From Acidimicrobiales bacterium (GTDB lineage Bacteria > Actinomycetota > Acidimicrobiia > Acidimicrobiales > MedAcidi-G1): DNA of 64,000 nt. Of the stretch, positions 1 through 7,666 are shown piece by piece (within the stretch, counting starts at the first letter, position 1; every line of letters begins with the position of its first letter). The notes beneath the pieces were generated by a model that saw only the letters and a program-made list of their open reading frames with translations, had not been told where the DNA came from and ran no database searches. Made by a program: the position numbers and the translations under genes. The stretch is from the NCBI GenBank assembly GCA_014237715.1, contig JAAZZG010000005.1, positions 30,391-94,390 on the forward strand, read 5' to 3'.

Positions 1-972
1 GGTCTGGATGCTCTGTCCGCCGATCTGCACAGCCCCGAACAGCACGGCCACCGCTGCGACGCCTGACGGTCTCATCAGGGCCAGCGCGGCCACGATGATG
101 CCGGCGAACCCGAAGCCGTTGGACAGGCTCTCGGTGATCCGATCCGAGGTGCCACTCAGCTCGATGCCTCCAGCGAATCCGGCCACACCACCGGAAAGGA
201 CGAGAACCGTCAGGATTTTGCGTTCCAGCGAGATCCCGGCATACCGGGCCGTAGCCCCCGAGGATCCGGCGACCCGCAACTCGTAGCCCCACGCGGTGCG
301 GCTGGACGCCAAACCGAACAGAAAGATCACGACGGCGGCCAGCACCACCCCGACGTGGGCCCGCTCGAACAGACCGGGCAGCCGGGCGTTGTCGGACAAC
401 ATCGGGGCCAGGGGAAAATTGTGGGAGTCGGGGTCCTTCCACCGGCCGTGGACCAGCCACTGGACGAGACGAATGGCCACCTCGTTCAGCATGAGGGTGG
501 TGATGATCTCGTTGACACCAATCCGGGCCCGGGCAATGGCCGGACCGAGGGCCAGCAGGCCACCACCGAGGATGGCGGCGGCGAGCATGGCCGTGATGAG
601 GAGGGGCGACGGCCACTCCCCGCCGACCCGAGCCACCCAGGCCGCACCTACGGCCCCAGCCATGATCTGGCCTTCGGCGCCGATGTTCCACAGGCCCATA
701 GACCCAGCCACGGCTACCGCCAGACCGGCGAGGCCCAACGGCACCGCCCGGTTCAGGGTCACCGACCAGGCCCGGGGGTCACCCAGGGAAGCCTCAAACA
801 TCCGCTCATAGACCCGCATCGGGTCGTGGCCTGAGCCGACCAGCAGGACGATGCCGACCACGAGGGCCACGGCCAAGCCGATACCGAAGGCCAGCGGTTG
901 GCCGCCCCGCAGCACCTGCTCACGGCGAACTAGCACCGGCCTCCCTACCCGTCTCCCCATTGGCCGATTCAT
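1..972 (-). CDS. ABC transporter permease (BMP/nucleoside-sugar type); 3' end runs off the left window edge
   Basis: Absent from the ORF track because it is open at the window edge. My reverse-strand translation reads MNRPMGRRVGRPVLVRREQVLRGGQPLAFGIGLAVALVVGIVLLVGSG...LWNIGAEGQIMAGAVGAAW...GFGFAGIIVAAL, a multi-TM hydrophobic protein. ATG 972-970 overlaps TGA 971-969 of the upstream ATPase (ATGA coupling). Confidence 0.75.
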   Translation of the reverse strand, partial: MNRPMGRRVGRPVLVRREQVLRGGQPLAFGIGLAVALVVGIVLLVGSGHDPMRVYERMFEASLGDPRAWSVTLNRAVPLGLAGLAVAVAGSMGLWNIGAEGQIMAGAVGAAWVARVGGEWPSPLLITAMLAAAILGGGLLALGPAIARARIGVNEIITTLMLNEVAIRLVQWLVHGRWKDPDSHNFPLAPMLSDNARLPGLFERAHVGVVLAAVVIFLFGLASSRTAWGYELRVAGSSGATARYAGISLERKILTVLVLSGGVAGFAGGIELSGTSDRITESLSNGFGFAGIIVAALALMRPSGVAAVAVLFGAVQIGGQSIQT

Positions 973-2564
973 CGGTTGGCTGCCTGATCATCGACTGGTA
1001 CGGCATGACCGACCATCGCCTCGCCGATGGCGTGGCGTTCAGCGGCCGTCGGATCAAACTCGGCCACGATCCGACCGGCGTGGATCACCAGCAGGCGATC
1101 GGCCAGCGTCAACAACTCGTCGAGGTCCTCCGAGATGAGCAGGACCGCCGCGCCGGCGTCGCGCTCGCCCACCAGTAGATCCTGGATGGCCTTCACCCCC
1201 TGAACGTCGAGCCCCCGGGTGGGTTGGGCGGCCACCACGACCCGAGGGCCGTCGACCAACTCCCGCCCAACCAGCAGACGCTGGAGGTTGCCGCCTGACA
1301 GCCCGGCGATCGGCTCGTCCAGCGGGCCGGTACGCACGCCGAACTGATCGACGAGGTCCCTGCAATGGCTGGTCGCCGCCCCGGAATCCAGGAACGGACC
1401 ACGGCGGTGACGGCCGTAGGTCCGCAACACCGCGTTGTCCGTCACGCTGAGTCGGGGAGCCAAGCCCACACCGAGGCGGTCCTCGGGGATGTAGCCCAGC
1501 CCGTCTGCGAAACGCTGACGCGGGCTGGCGTCCGTTCGGTCTTCACCCATCAGGTGGACCGTCCCCGACTCGACAGGTCGCAGACCGGCGATGCACTGGG
1601 TCAACTCGCGTTGGCCGTTGCCGGCTACCCCAGCGATACCCACAATCTCCCCCGAACGCACGGCGAGCTCCATGCCGTCGAGGCCGTTCAGCCCACGATC
1701 GTCGAGACACCGGAGATGCCGCACCTCGAGACGGACTTCGCCGGCCTCGCGGAGAGGGGGCCGTTCGGTAATCACCGGAGACGCTCCGACCATGAGCCCG
1801 GCCAGTTCGGAGGCGTCGGTATCGGCCACCGACAGCGAGGCGGCCACCGTCTTTCCGCCCCGGAGCACGGTGGCCTCGTCGCAGAAGCCCATCACCTCGT
1901 GGAGCTTGTGGCTGATGAACACTACGGTGCGGCCGTCGTCGGCCATGTGGCGCAATACGGCGCCCAGTTCGTCGGCCTCGCCCGGGGTGAGGACCGCCGT
2001 CGGCTCGTCCAGAATCAAGATCTGGGCGTCACGCCACAACGCCTTGAGAATCTCGACCCGTTGGCGCTCGCCCATGGAGAGTTGCCAGACCGGCCGGTCG
2101 GGTTCGGTAGCCAGACCGAAGCGTTCGGCCAGTGCCCCAACCGCGAACTCGACGGCCGAGCGCCGCACGATTCGCTCGCATGCCCCCAGCACCACATTCT
2201 CGGCCACGGTGAACGAAGGCACGAGCCGGAACTCCTGGTGGACCATCCCCACCCCGGCAGCCAACGCGTCGGCCGGTGTGCGGAAGTGGTGTGCCATGCC
2301 GCCGATGCGGACATCGCCTTCGTCGGGCCGGTACACGCCTGACAGGACATTCATCAGGGTCGACTTCCCGGCACCGTTCTCGCCGAGAACAGCGTGCACG
2401 CTGCCCCGGCGGACCCGCAGGTGGGCACCGGCATTGGCCACCACGCCGGGAAATCGCTTCCAGATGTCCCGTAGCTCGACGGCGGGTAGGTCGTCAGCGG
2501 ACGCGACCCCATCCGGCATCTCCGAAGTACCGGCAAGGCCGGTCGGGTGCGGGGGTTCGGTCAT
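969..2564 (-). CDS. ABC transporter ATP-binding protein with duplicated ATPase domains (BMP/sugar-nucleoside importer type)
   Basis: ORF 969..2657. Two Walker A motifs (GENGAGKST, GVAGNGQRE) and two signature motifs (LSMGERQR, LSGGNLQR). Start trimmed to MTEPPHPTG (2564), which follows a GCAGGA SD-like sequence; 2657 remains possible. Confidence 0.85.
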   Translation of the reverse strand: MTEPPHPTGLAGTSEMPDGVASADDLPAVELRDIWKRFPGVVANAGAHLRVRRGSVHAVLGENGAGKSTLMNVLSGVYRPDEGDVRIGGMAHHFRTPADALAAGVGMVHQEFRLVPSFTVAENVVLGACERIVRRSAVEFAVGALAERFGLATEPDRPVWQLSMGERQRVEILKALWRDAQILILDEPTAVLTPGEADELGAVLRHMADDGRTVVFISHKLHEVMGFCDEATVLRGGKTVAASLSVADTDASELAGLMVGASPVITERPPLREAGEVRLEVRHLRCLDDRGLNGLDGMELAVRSGEIVGIAGVAGNGQRELTQCIAGLRPVESGTVHLMGEDRTDASPRQRFADGLGYIPEDRLGVGLAPRLSVTDNAVLRTYGRHRRGPFLDSGAATSHCRDLVDQFGVRTGPLDEPIAGLSGGNLQRLLVGRELVDGPRVVVAAQPTRGLDVQGVKAIQDLLVGERDAGAAVLLISEDLDELLTLADRLLVIHAGRIVAEFDPTAAERHAIGEAMVGHAVPVDDQAANR

Positions 2565-2717
2565 CGGTGGTCCTGCGGTTCCGGTCTCGATGAATGGTCG
2601 CGATGAGAGGCCCTGCCGGGTGATCTCAGGTCGGACGTGACGGCGCCGGCGGGTCATCCCCGCCGGCGCCGCGTCCGTATGGTCCCCCTTGGCAGGGGGT
2701 GGGCGTCAGGGTGAGAA

Positions 2718-3800
2718 TCAGCCGGCGGAGCCGACGACCCCTTCGACGAAGACGCCGATCCCCAGCATGTCGCCGTCGCTCATCGTCTCGCCGGCCGCCA
2801 CGAGCACGCTGCCGTCCTGAGCGTTGATCGGGCCCTGGAACGGATGGAACGAACCGTCGATGATCTGCTGCTTCCGTTCCGCCACCGCGGCGACCACGGA
2901 TGCGTCCACGTCGCTGGCGATGGGCGCCAAGTCGACCGTGCCGTCAGCCATCGAACCCCAGTAGTAGCCACCCTCATACGTGCCGGCCGTGGCCTGCCCG
3001 ATGACCTCGGCGTAGCGCGGGCCCCAGTCCCAGACCGGCGCCGTGAGGTGGGCCGCCGGAGCGTGGGCGCTCATATCAGAGTTGTAGGCCACCCAACGGG
3101 CGCCCGCAGCTTCGGCCTTCTCGCCGGCTGCCGTGGAGTCCTGATGCATGGCAATCACGTCAGCACCCTTGTCGAGCATCGCCTGGGCCGAGTCACCCTC
3201 GACCACCGGGTCGAACCACGTGCTGGTCCAGACCACCTCGACCTGAGCGGCCGGGTTGATCTCACGGACACCGAGAGTGAAGGCGTTGATGCCCCGGATG
3301 ACCTCGGGAATCGGGAAGGCCGCCACGTAGCCGATGAGGTTCGACGAGGTGGCCGAACCGGCGACCATGCCGGAGAGATATCGGGGCTCATACATGCGCC
3401 CGAAGCTGTTTCCGAAGTTGGTGCCGTTGGCCTTGTAGCCCGAGACGTGGTCGAACACGACGTCGGGGAACTCAGCGGCCAGGGCTTCCATGTCGTCCAT
3501 GTAACCGAACGAGGTGCCGAAGATGACGTTGTAGCCCTGATCAATGAAATCGCGAACGTGGTTGCCGAAGTCGGCTGTGCCCTCCGGCACGGCCTCGACA
3601 TAAGCGGTCTCCACGCCGGTCTCGGCTGCGGCCGCGGCTCGACCCTGATCGTGGGCGTAGGTCCATCCGGCATCTCCCACCGGTCCGACGTAGATGAAAG
3701 CCGCCTTGGTGGCGTCCTCGTCGTCGGATCCACAGGCGGAAGCCACCAAAGTAAGGCTCAGGACGACGGCCAACAGGCCGGCGATTCGGCGTCGCATCAT
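2718..3800 (-). CDS. BMP-family (basic membrane protein / PnrA-like) substrate-binding lipoprotein of the ABC importer
   Basis: ORF 2718..4130 trimmed to MMRRRIAGLLAVVLSLTLVASACGSDDE, a signal peptide with lipobox LVASAC, preceded by GGAGGGAGAA. The mature part (FIYVGPVGDAGWTYAHDQGR...) looks BMP-like. The longer N-terminal extension is Arg/Pro/Trp-rich and implausible. Confidence 0.85.
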   Translation of the reverse strand: MMRRRIAGLLAVVLSLTLVASACGSDDEDATKAAFIYVGPVGDAGWTYAHDQGRAAAAAETGVETAYVEAVPEGTADFGNHVRDFIDQGYNVIFGTSFGYMDDMEALAAEFPDVVFDHVSGYKANGTNFGNSFGRMYEPRYLSGMVAGSATSSNLIGYVAAFPIPEVIRGINAFTLGVREINPAAQVEVVWTSTWFDPVVEGDSAQAMLDKGADVIAMHQDSTAAGEKAEAAGARWVAYNSDMSAHAPAAHLTAPVWDWGPRYAEVIGQATAGTYEGGYYWGSMADGTVDLAPIASDVDASVVAAVAERKQQIIDGSFHPFQGPINAQDGSVLVAAGETMSDGDMLGIGVFVEGVVGSAG

Positions 3801-3936
3801 TTCTCCCTCCGGCCGCCTCGGTCCGGGTCCACATGACCCGCCGAGAGCCAAGACGGCCCGCCGGCAATCATTCCACCTTTCGCCAATACGCGCCACGGCG
3901 GGTGGAGAGCCTTGTCTGCGGCCCCAAATCCGAAGG

Positions 3937-4173
3937 TCAACCGGCCACCGTGAGTTGCAGACTGAGCCGGGTGGCGCCGTTGGCCACCGCGGCCCGGACC
4001 ACAGCGTCGACCGCGTCCAGCACGGTGATCGTCTCGCCTTCCACGGCAGTCCCGAAGGGGCCGACCTCGACGTCCAACCCGGCCGCCTCGGCCACCGCGA
4101 TTGCCGCCTTGACGTGGGGCCCGGGGTCACCCTCCACGAAGGGTTCTATGGTGAACTCTGCGACCGTCGACAT
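3937..4173 (-). CDS. MTH1187/YkoF-like small ligand-binding protein (DUF77 family)
   Basis: ORF 3937..4281 trimmed to MSTVAEFTIEPFVEGDPGPHVKAAIAVAEAAGLDVEVGPFGTAVEGE..., which resembles the MTH1187/YkoF N-terminus (M..aE.si.P.g). Alternative start at 4191. Confidence 0.6.
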   Translation of the reverse strand: MSTVAEFTIEPFVEGDPGPHVKAAIAVAEAAGLDVEVGPFGTAVEGETITVLDAVDAVVRAAVANGATRLSLQLTVAG

Positions 4174-4204
4174 GGGCTCATCATGGCCCATGAACAGCGG
4201 TGCG

Positions 4205-5530
4205 TCAGTCCCATAGGACCCGGGCCCGCTGGGCCAGGTCTCGGTGGGCAGTCCGAAGATCCACCCCGGCGAGCTCTCCATCGGTCACCACGGCACGCCC
4301 CCCGACCAAGAGGTGGCGAACCCGACGATCCGGGCCCAGCACCAGTCCAGCCACCGGGTCGGCCATGTCGCCCAGATCGTCGCCGGGCCACACCGCCAGA
4401 TCGGCCCGCATGCCCACGGCGAGGCGACCGGTGTCGGGCATGCCCAGGCAGTCCGCACCGCTTGTCGTGGCCATCTCCACCACATCGGCCGGCATCAGCG
4501 CACCGGGACGCAGCTCTCGCAGTCGGGCGGTGTAGAGGGCCTGCCGGAGTTCGGGGAACAGTCCTCCGACTTCGTTGGACGCCACACCGTCGACGCCCAG
4601 ACCCACCGGGCAGCCGGCGGCCCGTAGGTCGGTGACCCGGCACATGCCGGCGGCCAGTCGGGCGTTGGACGACGGACAGTGGGCGATGCCCGTACCGGCC
4701 GAGCCCAGGCGGGCCATCTCATCGTCGTCGATGTGGATGCCGTGGGCCAGCCACACGTCGTCGCCCACCCAACCCCATTCGTCAAGCATCTCCACGGGGC
4801 GTCGCCCGAACCGTTCCAGGCAGTGCTCCTGTTCGGCGATGGTCTCGCACAGGTGGGTGTGAAGGCGTAGGCCGTGCTTCCGGGCCAACTCGGCGGACTC
4901 CACCATGAGTCCGGTGGTCACTGAGAACGGGCTACACGGGGCGACAGTCACGAGCACCATGTTGCCGTCGTGGTGGCGCGCGATCACCGACTCGGTGGAG
5001 GCCAAGATGGCGTCGCGGTCCTCGACCACATGGTCTGGCGGCAGGCCGCCAGCACTCTCGCCGAGATCCATAGACCCCCGCGACAGATGAAGGCGGATGC
5101 CAACGGTTCGGGCCGCATCGACAATGGCGTCGAACACCGTGTCGTCGCCGCCCGGGACCAGGTAGTGGTGGTCCGCCGCGGTGGTGCAGCCGGTGGCCGC
5201 CAACTCACCCAAGCCGACCAACGCGGCAGCCCGTACGTCGTCGACCGAGAGCCGACCCCACACCGGGTACAGCTCGACCAGCCACTGGAAGAGGTCGCAG
5301 CCGGTGGCCCGACCCCGGGTAATCCACTGGTACAGGTGGTGATGCGTGTTGACGAGACCCGCGGTGATGACGTCGCCGTCGCAGTGCACCACCTTGTCGC
5401 CCGACTCCGGAGCCACGATCCCCACCGCAGTGATCCGACCATCCACAATGGCCACGTCGCCAGGGTGTCGGGCACCCCGCAGGACCAGTCGATCCTCGGG
5501 CGCCGACGAACCTTCCCGAGAGGAAAACAT
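4205..5530 (-). CDS. Amidohydrolase of the TRZ/ATZ (COG0402) group, 8-oxoguanine deaminase-like
   Basis: ORF 4205..5611 trimmed to MFSSREG (5530, 2 nt after the upstream stop). Contains VNTHHHLYQWITRG...LFQWLVELYPVWGRL...GCTTAADHHYL, the metal-binding HxH and downstream blocks I recall for 8-oxoguanine/isoxanthopterin-type deaminases. Confidence 0.75.
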   Translation of the reverse strand: MFSSREGSSAPEDRLVLRGARHPGDVAIVDGRITAVGIVAPESGDKVVHCDGDVITAGLVNTHHHLYQWITRGRATGCDLFQWLVELYPVWGRLSVDDVRAAALVGLGELAATGCTTAADHHYLVPGGDDTVFDAIVDAARTVGIRLHLSRGSMDLGESAGGLPPDHVVEDRDAILASTESVIARHHDGNMVLVTVAPCSPFSVTTGLMVESAELARKHGLRLHTHLCETIAEQEHCLERFGRRPVEMLDEWGWVGDDVWLAHGIHIDDDEMARLGSAGTGIAHCPSSNARLAAGMCRVTDLRAAGCPVGLGVDGVASNEVGGLFPELRQALYTARLRELRPGALMPADVVEMATTSGADCLGMPDTGRLAVGMRADLAVWPGDDLGDMADPVAGLVLGPDRRVRHLLVGGRAVVTDGELAGVDLRTAHRDLAQRARVLWD

Positions 5531-5532
5531 GG

Positions 5533-6534
5533 TCACGGGGTCCAGTCGGCGAAAGTGTCGATCATCATCCGGACGTCGGGGCCCAGCGGATACAGGATGG
5601 GGCAGGTGCAACCGTCAGCCATGTACTGGCCCACCTTTTCCCGGACCTCATCGGGCGTGCCCGCCGCGCAGATCATCTGCACCACATCGTCGGGCACCAA
5701 CTTAGAGGCGGCCACCACCTGCTCGTGGGTGGCCGGCCAGGTCAGGACCCGACCGATCTCCTCGAGTAGCGATGCGGGCACACCAGAGGCCTTCATGATG
5801 TGGGGCTGCTGACCCAGGTACTGGGTGACCATGAGGCGGGCGCCGTCGAGGGCCTCGGCCCTGGTCTCGGCCACCGAGCACACCACCAACTGGGGGCGGT
5901 CCAGGTCATCGACCGAGCGACCCACCCGGGCGGCCCCGTCGGCCAGGCGGTCCATGGCCTTCCGGTTGTACTCGGGCGACACCAGATAGTTGAGCACGAC
6001 ACCGTCGGCTATCTCGCCAGTCAACTCGAGCATCTTGTCGCCCGTAGCACCGATGTAGATCGGTACGTCCTTTGGGCGACGCTGCTGGTACACGTAATCC
6101 AACTCCACCCCATCTAGGTGCACGAACTCGCCGTCATAGGTGACCGTCTCGTCGGCCAGCAGAAGCCGACACGCCTCGACGGTCTCCCTAATGGCGGTCA
6201 ACGGTCTCCGACGCTGCACGCCGACCTTGCTAGCCAGCGGTTCCCACCACGCACCGATGCCCAGGATCATCCGACCAGGGGCCAGGTCATCCAGCGTCGA
6301 GAAGGTCGACGCGAGGCGGGCCGGGTTACGGGTCCAGCAGTCGACCACCCCCGAACCGATCTTGATGGTCTCGGTACAGGTGGCAAAGGCCGCCATGGGA
6401 ACCACGGCGTCACGGACCAGTCTCGAGTCGGCCTGCCACACGGCTTCGAAGCCGCGTTGTTCGGCGTACGTGACGTACTGCATCGCCTCTGTAATGGGGT
6501 GCGCATCCTGGAGGTAGATGGCCAGTCGGGTCAT
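5533..6534 (-). CDS. Luciferase-like monooxygenase (LLM) family oxidoreductase, Mer-like and probably F420-dependent
   Basis: ORF 5533..6729 trimmed to [37 protein letters not shown]... TIM-barrel LLM pattern of about 333 aa, similar to F420-dependent Mer-type enzymes. Cofactor assignment is by resemblance only. Confidence 0.7.
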   Translation of the reverse strand: MTRLAIYLQDAHPITEAMQYVTYAEQRGFEAVWQADSRLVRDAVVPMAAFATCTETIKIGSGVVDCWTRNPARLASTFSTLDDLAPGRMILGIGAWWEPLASKVGVQRRRPLTAIRETVEACRLLLADETVTYDGEFVHLDGVELDYVYQQRRPKDVPIYIGATGDKMLELTGEIADGVVLNYLVSPEYNRKAMDRLADGAARVGRSVDDLDRPQLVVCSVAETRAEALDGARLMVTQYLGQQPHIMKASGVPASLLEEIGRVLTWPATHEQVVAASKLVPDDVVQMICAAGTPDEVREKVGQYMADGCTCPILYPLGPDVRMMIDTFADWTP

Positions 6535-6547
6535 GTTGCTTCCTCTC

Positions 6548-7666
6548 TCACATCTCTTCGAGTCGACGGTGCAGGCGTACCGCCTGTTCGGCAGCCCGAG
6601 CCCGAACCTCGTCGGCGTCGACCCGGGTGGGTCGACCGTCAACCAGCACGACCTCGCCGTCGACCTCCACGGTGCGGGGACCGACCCCCGTGGTGAAGGC
6701 CAACCGCCAGGGGTCCATGTGCGAGTCATTCCAGGTCACCCGGTCATTGCGGGCCTCGGGGAACAGGTCCCAGCCGGTGGCCAACCATCCCCAGGCGGTC
6801 TCGGGCGAGGCGGTCACGTCGTCCTCGCGGTGGCGCGCGTAGGCCACCCGGAACTCGTCGAGCATGTCGGCCCCGATGCCGTCGGTACCGAGTGCTACCG
6901 GGTTGGCGAACCGGGCCGGGCGGGCGTAACCCACCGAGTTGTTCATGTTCGACCGAGGGTTGTGCACGAAAGTCCCGGCCAGGCCGTGGTCGTCGTGGAG
7001 ATGCACGCCGTGGACGAGCAGCCAGTCGTCGGTGGCCAGCGGCCGCAGGCGGTCGGCCACTCCGACGTCGGCGGCCCCCTCGGCCACATGCACGTGGACT
7101 CCCACCCCCAGGTCGGCGGCAAGGCCGGCGGCCGCCTCGAGGCTGGCGTCGCTGCAGGTGAAGGCGGCGTGGATGCCCACCATGCCCCGGCCACCAGCCC
7201 GCAGGTACCGCTCGTTCTCAGCCAAGCCCCGGCGGGCTCCGTCGGCGCCGTGACGGTCGGTGATCCCATAGGCGCACGACACCCGAACGCCCACCTCGGC
7301 ACACGCCTCGGCGATGACGTCGAGTGACCCGTCGATGGCCTCGGGCGATTCGTGGTGGTCGATGATCGCCGTGCAACCACGCTCCAGGGCCTCCACCGCA
7401 CCGAGCATGGCCGACCAACGGATCGATTCCAGGTCCAGCGCCCGGTCGAGTCGCCACCAGACCAACTCCAGGATGTCGGTGAAGCCGGTCGGCGTGCGGG
7501 GTGGGGCGGGCATACCCCGAGCAAGGGACGAGTACAGGTGGTGGTGCGCGCAGACCAGGCCCGGGCTCGTCGCTCCGTTCGCGGCATCCACGGAACTCAG
7601 CGTCCGTCCCAGTCGGCCCAGTGTTCCTGCTGGTCCGGTGCCGCCATGGGTAACGAATGGCGCCAC
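6548..7666 (-). CDS. Amidohydrolase, SsnA-like putative aminohydrolase/cyclic amidase (short N-terminus)
   Basis: ORF 6548..7666 with a GTG start. HxH motif in [16 protein letters not shown], later HVHVAEG and GTDG blocks. The longest ORF overlaps the upstream Moco gene by 70 nt; an alternative GTG at 7591 (VDAANG) lies just after that stop. Confidence 0.7.
   Translation of the reverse strand: MAPFVTHGGTGPAGTLGRLGRTLSSVDAANGATSPGLVCAHHHLYSSLARGMPAPPRTPTGFTDILELVWWRLDRALDLESIRWSAMLGAVEALERGCTAIIDHHESPEAIDGSLDVIAEACAEVGVRVSCAYGITDRHGADGARRGLAENERYLRAGGRGMVGIHAAFTCSDASLEAAAGLAADLGVGVHVHVAEGAADVGVADRLRPLATDDWLLVHGVHLHDDHGLAGTFVHNPRSNMNNSVGYARPARFANPVALGTDGIGADMLDEFRVAYARHREDDVTASPETAWGWLATGWDLFPEARNDRVTWNDSHMDPWRLAFTTGVGPRTVEVDGEVVLVDGRPTRVDADEVRARAAEQAVRLHRRLEEM

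Noticed and set aside
8-834. Three plus-strand ORFs (8..286, 296..811, 355..834) at the left edge
   Set aside because: They are antisense to a much better reverse-strand reading frame encoding a hydrophobic ABC permease that is ATGA-coupled to the ATPase gene. Their translations are Arg/Pro/Ala-rich with no motifs, as expected for high-GC shadow ORFs.
3801-3936. Possible riboswitch in the 136-nt gap upstream of the BMP transporter gene
   Set aside because: I could fold only short local stems (e.g. TCCACC/GGTGGA) and see none of the conserved cores I know for purine, 2'-dG, ZTP, preQ1, TPP or guanidine riboswitches. It is kept only as a possible internal promoter or leader (see findings).
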